Source: Zootoca vivipara
Taxonomy: Eukaryota
Length of the DNA: 64,000 bases
Reading direction: 5' to 3'
Assembly: GCF_963506605.1 (NCBI RefSeq)
Contig: NC_083282.1
Location: 47,492,001-47,556,000, forward strand
In this document: piece after piece, positions 12,501-24,100 of the stretch
Layout: every line of letters starts with the position of its first letter
Numbering within the stretch: the stretch's first letter is position 1
The notes under the pieces: model-generated
Databases searched by the model: none
What the model saw: the letters and a program-made list of their open reading frames with translations, nothing else
What the model was told of the DNA's origin: nothing
Position numbers and translations under genes: made by a program

Positions 12501-15500
12501 TTTCTGAAATTAAAAAGAGCATCCTTGCCACAAACAAGCAGATTTTCATAGTCACAAATTCAGGGGACCTGCCTTCATCTGCATAAAAAGCACATTGGTT
12601 GCTCTCTCTCAATTAGATTCGGCATAAGCTGAAGAGTAAACAAGAAGCAATGGAAAAGTCTGAAAGAGCCAAACAGCTCCGTGCCCTGAGAAAATACGGC
12701 AAAAAGGTGAGAAAAATGGGGACAAAAACATAGGTGCCCCCTTGGAATGGAGGAAGCGGGAAAGACACACCCATTGTTTTTATTGGCAATCTCAGCATTG
12801 GAATCCTTTGGCAGAAGTATCTAGAAGTATCATGAACAGGACTCCTAGGGTGTGGGAAGGATACATGTGTGTGCAAAAAAGGGGAGCATTTTGGAAAGGA
12901 CTGGGGTACTGTGGAAGGAAAGGCTCACTTTTTATTTCTGGTTGGTAGGTCCAAACTGAGGTGCTGCAGAAGAGGCAGAAGGAGAAATCCACAATGCTGA
13001 ATGCAATCAAGAAATACCAGAAAGGTGAGGCATTCCATTCCCACTTTATCCTTCACTACTCCCCCCCCCCCAACCCTTACTACAGCAGCAGAAAATTGTA
13101 GCCCTCTTCAGGCATTCCACTTGCATGTAAAAGCAACATGAGAGAGGGAATAAGTATGCTCAGCTCCATCACAGTCCCTCCACAACTTGGGAGGGGGCAC
13201 ACTTCTGAAGCAGGGAGCTTCCTGGGTTGTGGAAGCTCCCTGCATGATTCAGAGCTCTGCTGTCCCCGTGTTGCTTTTGCATGCAAGTAGAATACCTAAA
13301 GGAAGGCTTCTGTGTAGTCCATGTTGCATTAACAACAACAATTTATTATTTATACCCCGCCCATCTGGCTGGGTTTCCCCAGCCACTCTGGGCGGCTTCC
13401 AACCAAATATTAAAAACAATACACCATCAAACATTAAAAGCAGGGCCTCCTTCAGTTGTCTTTTAAAAGTAAAATAGTTGCTTATTGCCTTGGGCCGCAT
13501 CTGGCCCCCGGGCCTTAGTTTGCCTACTCATGGTCTAAATGCTGCACAATATTCATGTGCATAGATATACATACCCCTTTGGGTGATAAAGCAAGCTTTC
13601 CTGCAGTGTTTGTCCTGGAGCTTCTTTTCTGGCTTGGCATGCAGCTCATTTATTCTGTCTTTTATGCAGGTCTTTCAGACAAGCTGGACTTCTTGGAAGG
13701 TGAAAAAGCACCAGCAACTCAGGGAAAGAAGGAAGGGGCTGGAGGCCAGCATAAAAATAAAGGGTAAGGTCTATGAAGTGCAGGGATGTCTACTAAGACT
13801 TGCATTTCTTTTGCTTTACCATGAATAGGTCTTTTATTGCAGTGTTTCCCAACCTTGTGCCTCCAGCTGTTTTCGGACTACAATTCCCATCATTCCTGAC
13901 CACTGGTCTTGCTAGCTAGGGATGATGGGAATTGTAGTCTCAAAACATCTGGAGGCACAAGGTTGGGAAACACTGTTTTATTTGATCAGTTTTGTTTTGT
14001 TTCGTGTTTAAGTTCTAAGTCCTTCTAATAACAAAAGTTGATCCATTAGCAGAGCACTGGAGGGGGAGCGAGGCGGCAGCGATGGGGTTGGATTGGCCAA
14101 AGGTGTCCCTATGCCCAGCTCTCTCAGCTAAAGCAGCCTCCTGCTAGCTGATGGCAACTGAGTGGCGTGTCATTCCGTTGATGTGGCACTGCCCCTTTCA
14201 TTTGCAAATGCATGTGCACAAGTGTTGTCAGTGAGGTGCCTGCTGGTGACAGTGACTGAAATTCTCCAAAATGGTGTTTTGGAGGTGGGGAGGGGCTGAG
14301 CTGGCTACCTGGATCCCAAGTTGATCTCACTGCCATCACACCGACGGCATTGGAGCCCAAGATAAAAATGTAACTTCTTTCATACCTAACATCTAAGACT
14401 AATGCCCCCAGAACACTTGATCACTACAGCTAAACTAGCCTAGTAAGACTGAACTGTCTGAGACCTACAACCTTAGAACTGTTGCTGTTTGGGTGCACAG
14501 AAAAAGCAAACTGACTACTGGCTTCCAGTGTTTCTGTTTGATGCTGAATGAGTAGTCTTTGCCGTTAGGTGTCTGGCAAAGTGGGAAGCGGGTTGTGAAG
14601 TGTCAGGATGGGGTGTGCTGCTTAAAATAATGATGTACTGAAGTTGGAATAATTCCTTTTGAGGGCAGGGAGAAAAAAATAAAAATGTGTGCAGTTTTTG
14701 GGGAGAGAGATGGCCAAGTACCCAGCCATAATTAGCTGGTTGTTTTTCTTTCAGCCCGAGTGCCAAACGACGCTACAAGAATCAGAAATTTGGTTTTGGT
14801 GGCAAGAAGAAAGGGTCAAAATGGAACACTCGAGAAAGTCACAATGATACCTCCAACTTCCGTGCTAGTGTGGCCCACCACAAGGGTCCTGGGAAAGCAG
14901 GGAAAAAGGGTGCCAATGTGAGTACCTGCCATGAATTGTTTTTATTTAGACATTTAATTTTAATGAACAGAAGTCGGTTATAATAAATTACCAATGCATT
15001 CATATAATTTGGAGGGATTTTAATCAGGCTACACTTAGGGTTTAGAGTGGGCTGTGTTTTAATGTCTTAGTATTTATTTATGGCTGCTGTTTATTACGTT
15101 GAGGGTGTGTGTTTGAGTTTTACTTACATTGCTTTATATACTGCTATCTCCTTTTTTAGTGAACTTTGTAAGGCAGGGTATAAATTCATTAAATTTATAA
15201 GTGCATAAATTAAATGATTAAAATTTATCAGGGTGTCTTCTGCTGGCATAAATAAAAATTAGCTAACAGCTGCCAACTGGGAAAATCTTGCTGTAATCTG
15301 GCTGCTAGTGGAGCATTCGCTGAGCTGGTTCACACCTCACATTAAGCCACAGTAACAAGTAAACCATGGCGTTCTGTGAATGAGCAACAAGCAGGACTGT
15401 TCAGTCCCTTTGCCCTGCCTGGACTCAGAAAAGCAACCCACAAGGTGTGGCTTGCCATTACATGTGAACCAGTCCATTGTGGTACACAGCTCCCCCTCTC

Positions 15501-15631
15501 CCTCCCTGCCATCACCCTTTCCCTTGTACAGTATAGCTAAGGTAGTAGAATGATAACATTCAACTTGTATCTCATTTTAGAAGAGGCCTGGCAAGAAGGT
15601 GAGGCAGAAAATGAAGAACCGTTCCCGATAA
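9586..15631 (+). CDS. EBNA1BP2: Probable rRNA-processing protein EBP2 (EBNA1-binding protein 2), 306 aa, 9 coding exons
   Basis: Exons 9586-9657, 10437-10520, 11189-11355, 11558-11681, 12617-12706, 12949-13024, 13670-13763, 14755-14917, 15581-15631 (TAA); 921 nt, phases consistent. Peptides ESLVTDRE/LQDAFSKG, WIERLDVT, DDFKREMSFYRQAQ, PTRRPDDYFAEMAKSD, KFGFGGKKKGSKWNT, KRPGKKVRQKMK are typical of EBP2. Confidence 0.96.
13331..13488 (-). mobile_element. L2-type LINE 3' tail fragment
   Basis: Reverse complement of the 3' tail at ~46140-46200 (TATACCCCGCCCATCTGGCTGGGTTTCCCC..CCACTCTGGGCGGCTTCCAAC). Confidence 0.75.
13840..13975. mobile_element. 136-bp hAT MITE
   Basis: TIR CAGTGTTTCCCAACCTTGTGCCTCCAG; TSD TTTTATTG/TTTTATTT; shares internal core with copies at 39879, 42572, 42716 and 59247. 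Confidence 0.88.
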
Positions 15632-16452
15632 TGAGTACAATGGGTGACCTTTCCTTCTTCGTGAAGTGTGACTCCCTACGGAACGTTGGCGTGAAATGAT
15701 GCTGACCTGGACAACATAGCTGTTCAGATTGCCATTCAGAGTCAGCAAGTGGTACTGCCTGACACTGGGTGTACTCACTTCTCGTACATAAATAACAAGC
15801 AGGTGCTTCTGGTTTCCTATATTTCATACTGATTTGGTCTTTCTTGCTCCTCCTTGTGCAAGATTGTGAATTAAAAAGTCTTGATAGCTTGATCATCCGT
15901 GTCAGGTTGGGAGAGATCCTTTCTGGTTTGCATTGTGTCTCACTAAATCCTTCAATTTTTTTGGTACCTCATACATAACATCATACTGTGTGCTCCTCCT
16001 TGTCACCCAGCAGTGGTGCATGCAGAGTACTAAGCAACAGCTTTTGTATTTCTGCCACTATGACTTCCTTTGCTAAGGGCATTGATTGGGTCTTCCTCTT
16101 CCCTTCAACAGCAGAAACTGGTGGTCTACCAGCAAACAATCACATGAACTACTGCTGCTGCTCATACCACAGCTTCTGGTTGAGAAACAGATTGTCCTAT
16201 CCACCCAACATAAAAACTGATGATTTGTACAAAATGAATATGGTGGCAGAAAGAATAGCAGGCAGTTTCAGGTCAGGTTTATTGTAATACTAAATGTTCA
16301 TATCACACAGGACTTTCCTTTCCTAAACCCACTGCCTTGTACCCTGTGTCTTATGATTCTGCAATAATTAAAAGATGGAGACCATGGAAGTCTGGAAGCC
16401 TAAATTTATGTCTACGGTCCTTCCCTCGTAAGTCCTGCAATGCTGTGTTCCT

Positions 16453-19400
16453 TTATCGCTTATCTTTTGTCATCTCGTTCAGGCGCCACATAGCAGCCAT
16501 GTATCTGGTGATTTCAGTGCTCCGACTTGGGAAGTATAGCCTTCTGTCATTCCGGTTTATACTGCTCTGTAAATGAGAATATTAACATAGTATAAGAACA
16601 TCTGGCATAAGGGAGGAGCTAGGAATTGAATATTTCACTCAAACTATCTCCCCATTTGGTGAAAAGTCTAGATTCTGATAGCCAACCAGGTACTCCCTAC
16701 AAACTTTCAAAGCTTTCTCCATAGCTATAACAGCTTAAAATTATTTTTCTGTAAAGTCTGGATTATTAAAATGACAGACAACTACACACACTTCCCAAGA
16801 AGCTCCTTAAAAACCCACTTACCAAAGGTGCGGAAAACCAGCCGATTTCTTGGCTTGTTGTTTGTGGTTCTGTATATTTCTTGTTTGGTTCAAGTGCAGC
16901 ATGATGAATTAGTTTCAGGAACTTAGCTATAGGGTTAAAGCATTGGCAATGAGACTCACTTAGTGTAGACTGGGTGCAAAGCACTTAGATTGCACTGAAA
17001 TTTTTAGATGTGATGATGCTACAGTGCTCTGTTAAAGACTATTGATTTCAATGTTTGTTCTGCTTGCATAACTTATTAGCTTGCACCTGATGTTTTGACA
17101 TACTTTATTCATTTATTTCACAATGTATATGCTGCCTTTCATGGTCAAGTCTCTCAAGTTGGCTTGCATCAAACAACAACAAACAACCAACAAAATTAAT
17201 CATATACCAATAATACCTACCACCTACCACCTCAAAAAAATGTTAGAGGAGTTGAACATGCTGTTGGTTCCTGCTGTGAATGAGGAACGACAGCTGCTTT
17301 GCCTGTTCTGTGAGCAGCATTGCAAGAAAGTTGATATATCTCGTTCTGTGTGTGTCAAACATCTAGAAACCCTATGGCAAACCTAGTAAAAATGCAATTG
17401 AATTTTCTTTGTATTTAATGACAAGGTCATAGGATAGGATAGCCCACCCTTTGGCAACCTAGTGCCCTCTAGATGCTTGGGACAACAACTTCCATCAGCC
17501 CCAGCCAGTACAATTGTCCTGGTTGGAGCTGATGAAGAGTTGTCATCCAAAACAGCTGGAGGGCATGAGCTTTGTGAAAGCTGGGATAGCTGGAATTAAT
17601 ACTTCCAAATAACACACTCTTAACTTGTGCTATGGCTTTGTCTTGTTTCTCTTATTTTCACTCAGGCCTAAATTACGTAACAAAAGTGGCTTGTTTCCTA
17701 TTATTTCCAGTAAGTCTTGTACCCTGGCCCTGATTCTAAATTTCCAGGCACTACTCTTCTGCATAGAGTATAGCAACTGCAACCTGATGATGCCTATGCT
17801 GCCATGCTCTCGCTCTGTAGATGCATGACAGGAGAATGAAGCTTGGGAAAGATCTTCAGTGAAGTTCACATCTTCTCTAAGGCAGGCAGGAGGCCTGCAT
17901 TGTACTGGTAAAATGGGATGACTACAGTATTTTGTATAATTTAATAGAGCTTGCATAAAACCTCAATTCCCAAAGACATGTTCTCTTGGCTGCTCTACAT
18001 TTTGCCTTTCCAAAAAGGTTAGCTGTCACTGGCCTTAAGCTAACTTCATTGTTGTCCCAAAAGGCTTAACTATATTACAACAGTATGTGCTGGCAATAAT
18101 TCAAGTTACAAAAAGGCCACAAACCAGTGTCTTCTGAAGCCAGTATTCTGGATAAAGGCATTTCAACATAACAAGCACCATTTAGGTCTCTCAAAACCCT
18201 TAGAAAGGTAAAGAATTAAAAAGATGAAATGGGAACTAATGAATCTAGTTGTTACTTTTAATGAAATAATATTAAGTTGGAAGTCAAATTTGATAGTATC
18301 ACAATAAAAAAATTCCTTCAGTAGCACCTTAAAAACCAACTAAGTTTATATTTTGGTATGAGCTTTCGTGTGCATGCACACTTCTTCAGTATCTGAAGAA
18401 GTGTGCATGCACACGAAAGCTCATACCAAAATATAAACTTAGTTGGTCTTTAAGGTGCTACTGAAGGAATTTTTTTATTTTGCTTCGACTCAGACCAACA
18501 CGGCTACCTACCTGTAACTTGATAGTATCACGTGAGGCTAGGTAAGTTGGGGTTTGTTGCTTTGAATATTGAAGCTTGTGCTTTTAAATATTTATTTGCA
18601 AAATATATCATTAAGAAAAAACATAATGGCAGTGAATTTTTTCTTAACTTGAAAGTTTCAATACTCCAACATACATGGAAATGAATTGATCCAATAAAAG
18701 ATCGATCCCAAGAAACAAGAAATTCAAAAATTGGAGCTATCAGCTGTCTCTTGCCACATTCCACTGCAGATTGTATACTATAATGCTTCTTGGTTTACAG
18801 AGGGAGAAAGAGAGTGAAGTTTGACGTTTAGACTTCAGTATGGTGCTACATACTTTGCCTTCTTTTATTCATGCGGCAAAACATTTCATAAATGGAGTAC
18901 TCCTCTCTGTTTCACTAACTTAAATGTTAACTGTTTAAAAGCATGTGCTTACCATCTGCAGGTTCCTCTAAGTTATCATGCCAAGAGGTAGGCTTTCGAG
19001 TTATGGTGTAAACTAAAGGTAAAAGCAAGATAAGGCAAATTAATCACTAGATAACCTTACGCAAGGGCAGAGGGAAACTAACAAAACTTAGAAATTTATC
19101 ATTCTTTCTCCACACCACCCCTCTTTGGCAGGAATTTAGGCCTTTTTATTAAATGCAGGTTTTCAAAGAGCCGCAAGGATATTTGGGGGACAACAGTTGG
19201 GGGTCCCACAGATAGGCATGGGAGACACTACAAAGCCAGTTGATCCTTTTAGAGGAAAAGACTGGCACTTGGGATCAAAACTATTAGAGATTAGTGTAAT
19301 ATGTCAGTTTCCAGAGGGGTAGGCCTGTTAGGGTATGTTTACATTAGTGGCTTAAAATGCAGCAAGTGTTTCAAGCTGCATTTGCACAGTAGTGTTCACA

Positions 19401-20796
19401 TTGGAGATAGGGCGGGGTTGTCTTCCCGCATGTGAGATCTTTTCGATTTCTTGCCCCTGCAATGCCCACCTTCCAACTCCTATTCATGAAGCTGTCGTCT
19501 GTATAAGTGTCGAGCAATCTGGGCATGTGAGATAGCTGTCTCAAATGTTCACATTGCTGTTTACTCCCCCCCCCCAATCCAGTTTTCCAGCCAGATTAAA
19601 GTAATTTGGGAGGGAGGATGGGAAATGCATCAAACAATAGTATTTGTCAAAGTACAAGATCACTATGGATTGTGGCTAACGTCGTGTGAATGCAGCTTCA
19701 AAAAGTAGTGGGTGCCTTGGATGGGGAGTAAGCAGTAATGTGAACATATCCTTAGTATGTAGAGGCAAAAGGATCTTGTAACAAGCTTTTTTGATGTGTT
19801 CATGAAACAACTCTTTGTAAGTCATCTTGATTGAGTTTTAGGATTGCAATTTGCAAATCCAGGTACTGTACACAGAAAACTGCAAAGATGTTACCAACAA
19901 ATGGCTCTATTCTATGAATCCCTCCTGAATTCAGTTTGGCACTGAGAATGTGGTTTAGGAATATAGGAAGCTGCCTTTTATCAAGTCAGACTATTGGTCC
20001 ATGATATACCACAGTATTGTCCACACCAGCTGGCAACAGCTCTCCAGGATTTCAGGCAGGTTTTTCTCCTAGCCTCACCTAGAGATGCTGGGGATTGAAG
20101 CTGAGACCTTCTGCAAGCACTGAGCTACAGCCCCTCCCCTCTAGTTATTGCACCTCTACACGGCTCTGATCCTATGGAGATCTAACCGCTCATATTGCAG
20201 CTCATATTTCTGCTTGGGAATTTAAGGTGCACTTTGTGATAACACAAATTGCTATTGCTGTGAGGGTCAGTCTGCATACATTTAAGCTCTTAATTCAACT
20301 GCCAATACCGCTTTTGCATTCCTTTGCAACTTGTTTCCACCGCAACCTACAACTCTCCCTCCTTTAACACGGATGTGTGTGTCGGCGCGCGCCAGAAACC
20401 TGTGGATCACACTCTTTAAAGTGCCACAGACCCCTCTGGTGGCAGTGGTGGTGGTTGGGTTTTTTTTGTTTTAGTTTACAGCAAGTGACTTGACCTAGAA
20501 ATGTTTGACAACTAGCACCCAAACACGGTTCATTCGTGGAAAGGGGAAAAAATAGAGCCAACTGGAGTCAAGAGCCAGAGGACTCCCTTAGACCTAACTG
20601 GGAAGCTCCGTCTGCCCATGAGAAGGGGAGAAGTCTCCCCTCCCCCCGGTACCCCCGTACCCGTCATCAGGGGGTTCATCGCGTATTCCGTCTGCAGGCG
20701 CTGGCATCGTAGCTCCTTCCGGACCGTCTCACAGAAGATCTTGTTCTGGCTTACTGGGTCCAACGGTTCCCTTGGGACCCGCGCGGCTCCTGCCAT
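16453..20796 (-). CDS. CFAP144: Cilia- and flagella-associated protein 144 (FAM183A), 137 aa, 4 exons
   Basis: Exons 20661-20796 (ATG; [20 protein letters not shown]), 18953-19012 ([20 protein letters not shown]), 16823-16926 ([29 protein letters not shown]), 16453-16566 (TAA). Matches recalled FAM183A motifs; same neighbour order as human; minus-strand AATAAA at 16278-16283. Confidence 0.93.
18303..18518. mobile_element. Penelope-like element remnant forming an 87-bp inverted repeat
   Basis: Arms 18303-18389 and 18393-18479 (1 mismatch, 3-nt loop); 13-bp TSD TTGATAGTATCAC (18290-18302 / 18519-18531). Family call rests on recalled squamate Penelope ends. Confidence 0.75.
19956..20140 (-). 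mobile_element. Degenerate tRNA-derived SINE
   Basis: GGGATTGAAGC (B-box-like on minus) with AGGAAGCTGCCTT..AGTCAGAC tail; similar plus-strand copy at ~22330-22500. Confidence 0.5.
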
Positions 20797-21189
20797 GGGC
20801 CGCTATCTGGGGGGGAGGCTATTTAGAACGTGCCTGGAGCTCCCCGAAATGCCCTTCGTGTATGTGCGGGCGGAGTTTCCCCTCCTTTTCGTATCGTAGC
20901 AACCGAGCGGATTCTGACCGCGCCCCTTCTCTTTTTCATTGGCCGAGGAGTTAAATCTCCCGCAGCGCTGATTGGCTGCTGCGACCCCCGTTAAAGGTTT
21001 GAATCCGCTTGCGGCAGAAGCGAAGGCACTACTGGAAGAGTTATTTAGGCACATGGGAGAAATCAGTGGCTGTCTAAATCAACGCGAAAGGGAAAGGCAG
21101 CAAGAAGACGGCGTCTTTTCAGTACAGACATTTTAGCTGGTCGGTCTCGACTTCTGTGTTGCTTGCCTCCTCGTTTTCAGTCGGACGGA
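20797..21189. promoter_or_regulatory. Bidirectional CpG promoter CFAP144/PIF1: X-box-like site, two CCAAT boxes, CHR element
   Basis: GTATCGTAGCAAC (20891-20903); ATTGG at 20938-20942 and 20971-20975 (33-bp spacing); TTTGAA at 20998-21003. Confidence 0.7.
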
Positions 21190-24100
21190 ATGCAACCAGG
21201 CTCCGTATCGGACGGTCGGGTTCGCTGCACCGTAGCGATCGAGCACTTGGGTGCTGCAGCAGCCCCGAATCGTGTGCTTCTCCGCGATGCTTGGGTCACG
21301 CTGGGCCGGGACGAGTTCCATGAGCTGGTTCTGCAAGTGGCCAGCGCCGGCGGTCCGGGGCGCCCCCAGAACTTCCCCTTGCGGCTGGGTGAAGTGCGGC
21401 TGTTCACACGCTTCATGAAGGAGGGGAAGAGCTCGGTGCAGCTTGGGCCAAACCACAATCAGGTGCAGCTGCTGCTCTCTAATTGTCCTCCGGATCGGCT
21501 GCGCCGCTTTGTCCAGACGCTGCGCATCAAGCACGCAGCCGCACAGAGGGGAACCAGGCCTGTGGCCGAGCGAACGCGGCTTCTCGCTAGCCTCCCGCGG
21601 ACGTTCGACACGGTAAGCCCGGTGCAGACTCGCGACTTGCAGCAGGCGAGCGCCCGGCAGGCTCTGACTGACGTGACAAGCACTCCGCGGAAAGGTCAGC
21701 CCTTACGCTGCGCGTCTCGGAAGCGGATCCGGACCGAGTCAGTCGATGGGAAACAGGTGAGGCGGCTGCTGCCGGAAAGCATGATCTAGCTGGGAGTTGG
21801 ATCTGTCCACAATAAAAGGATCTCTGGCCGCCCAGGTATTGCTGGACTCCAACCCCCATCACCCCTGGCCTGGCAGTGCTGGCTGGGACTGGTAGGAGTT
21901 GTAGTCCAAGGATACCCAGAGGTTTCCCGTCCTTGGCATAAGAGTGGTGGCTAGTTTCTGAAGAAGTGGACCTACCCACCTGCTAATCCAGGATGCTGAA
22001 GTTGTGGTTATGCAAAGTGACAGATTCATGCACTCCTTAAGCACTTTAGAAACTCACTTAGCAAGTTCCATAACTGAGGCCACCACAGAGTAGGTCCTTT
22101 CTCCAATGCATGCTGGTCTTACTGGCAGAAACCTGAGCAGAACCTCCAAAGTAGTATGGGCAAGGTCAAATTATTATTTTATTTTAATGTAAGACTTCTT
22201 TGGTCCAATTGAAATTCAAATAAGGATCCCTCTGGATAAGAGAGGCGTTCTCCTCTCTGGCTGCTATAATCAAGAGAGATGGGATGGAAAGCTCTCATGA
22301 GCACTTTGGATTCAGAGGAGTTTGCCTTTTGGGGAATGTGTTCAGTTCTGTTATGCAGGCAGGAAGTCCTAGGTTCAACCCACAGAATCTCCAGGTGGGG
22401 CTAACCCCCCCCCCCTGTCTGAAGCTGCTCCCAGTCAGTGGATACAGTACTGAGCAAGATGATCCACTGGTCTGACTCAACATAAGGCAGGTTTCTGTGC
22501 TCTCTTCAGGTGGCTGAAAAGCAGCAGGTGAAGAAGACTTTGTCTATGTGCTCCCGAGCAAAACTCTCCCAGGAACAGTCAATGGTGCTGAATGCGGTGC
22601 TGAGTGGCAAGAATGTTTTCTTCACAGGCAGTGCTGGTGAGAGAAGAGGGTCAAGGAGGGTCTGTGTGTTTGCAGGTTAGAGGCTGTAGTGGCTTCATCT
22701 ACTATGTTGGGAATCTCACATTCCTTCCAGGACTGAACAAACCTGGGATTTAGGGTGAAGGAAGTTTGGTGGTTCTGATGTTTCTCTCTTTTTTGGGGGG
22801 TAGTGGCATGGGGCAGGTGGAGATTTATGAGAGGTAAGTACCATTGAGTCGACTTTGATTTACAATCTAGGTCTCACTTCTGAAACTGATCAAGTTTTAC
22901 ACCTGCCTCTTGCCATTTAAATGGTTCCGCTTTGAAGGGAAGTATGAATGGTGTTGGAATAATTGTAAAACTGAAATTTAGATTGTGTGCCTCTAAATAC
23001 AAGGACTCTCTCTGTAGGGACTGGGAAATCCTACCTGCTGAAAAAGATCGTGGCCTCGCTGCCTCCAAACAGCACTTATGCCACAGCCAGCACAGGGGTG
23101 GCAGCCTGTCAGATTGGTGGCACTACTCTCCATGCCTTTGCAGGTAACTGGGATCCTGGGAAGCGAGAAAGGGCCTAGTGGTGGGTTACTGCTGACATAC
23201 TCTTTCCCCTCTCCTTTGATAGGTATTGGGTCAGGGAAGGCGTCCCTACATCAGTGCATTGAGCTGGCTCAGAGACCCGGAATTCGGCAGCAATGGCTGA
23301 ACAGCCGCCATCTGATCATAGATGAAATCTCTATGGTAGAGGGGGATTTCTTTGATAAACTGGAGGCAGTAGCTAGGTGGGTGGAGACTTCCTTTTGGGG
23401 GATATTGCTGCACTTGCATTAATCCTGTGTGTACATGGCTTTGAGGAGGGTATTAAAAAGGCAGAAGACAAAACATTGCATGCCGTGTTTTTCCGAAAAT
23501 AAGACACCCGTCTTATATTTATTTTTCCTCAAAAAACCAACTATGGCTTATTTTCAGGGGATGTCTTATTTTCCCCCTCCTCCTGCCGTGGCCGGCATTG
23601 CTGCTGCGGCTATCACTATGTCTTATTTTCGGGGTATGGCTTATATTCTTTGAATGCTTAAAAATCCTGCTATGGCTTATTTTATGCCTACGACTTAAAA
23701 TAGGGAAAACAGGGTAGTTGTTTTAAAGTTCTGCCTAAGCAGGCACTTGATGCAACTCTGCAGCAAACAGTCCCACACTCACTTTGCCCATGTATACGCT
23801 TCAGTCCCACATCTAGTTTTGGTAACGCTGTGGCCAGTGCCCACCCAGAGCTTCCAGTCAGCATTGCCATCGCTGTGCTTCAGTCCTGTCTGTTTCCCAT
23901 GCTCCTGTCCATGCACCATAGTTCTAAAATGACTCCTTAAGTATAATGTGGTCCTAGAAGAGGGGTTTGCAGCAATAGAGAGAAGCAGAACTGAATTATA
24001 TTTGTTACTCTGTCTTAGCGTATGCAGAGCATGTGTAAGTGTTGCAAGGAAAACAGAAACAGGGAATATTCCAGATGCAATTGGATTACAATTCCCATCA

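Noticed and set aside
9660-15580. Intronic snoRNAs in EBNA1BP2
   Set aside because: No convincing C/D box pair with terminal stem or H/ACA double hairpin found by eye; needs an Infernal/Rfam scan.
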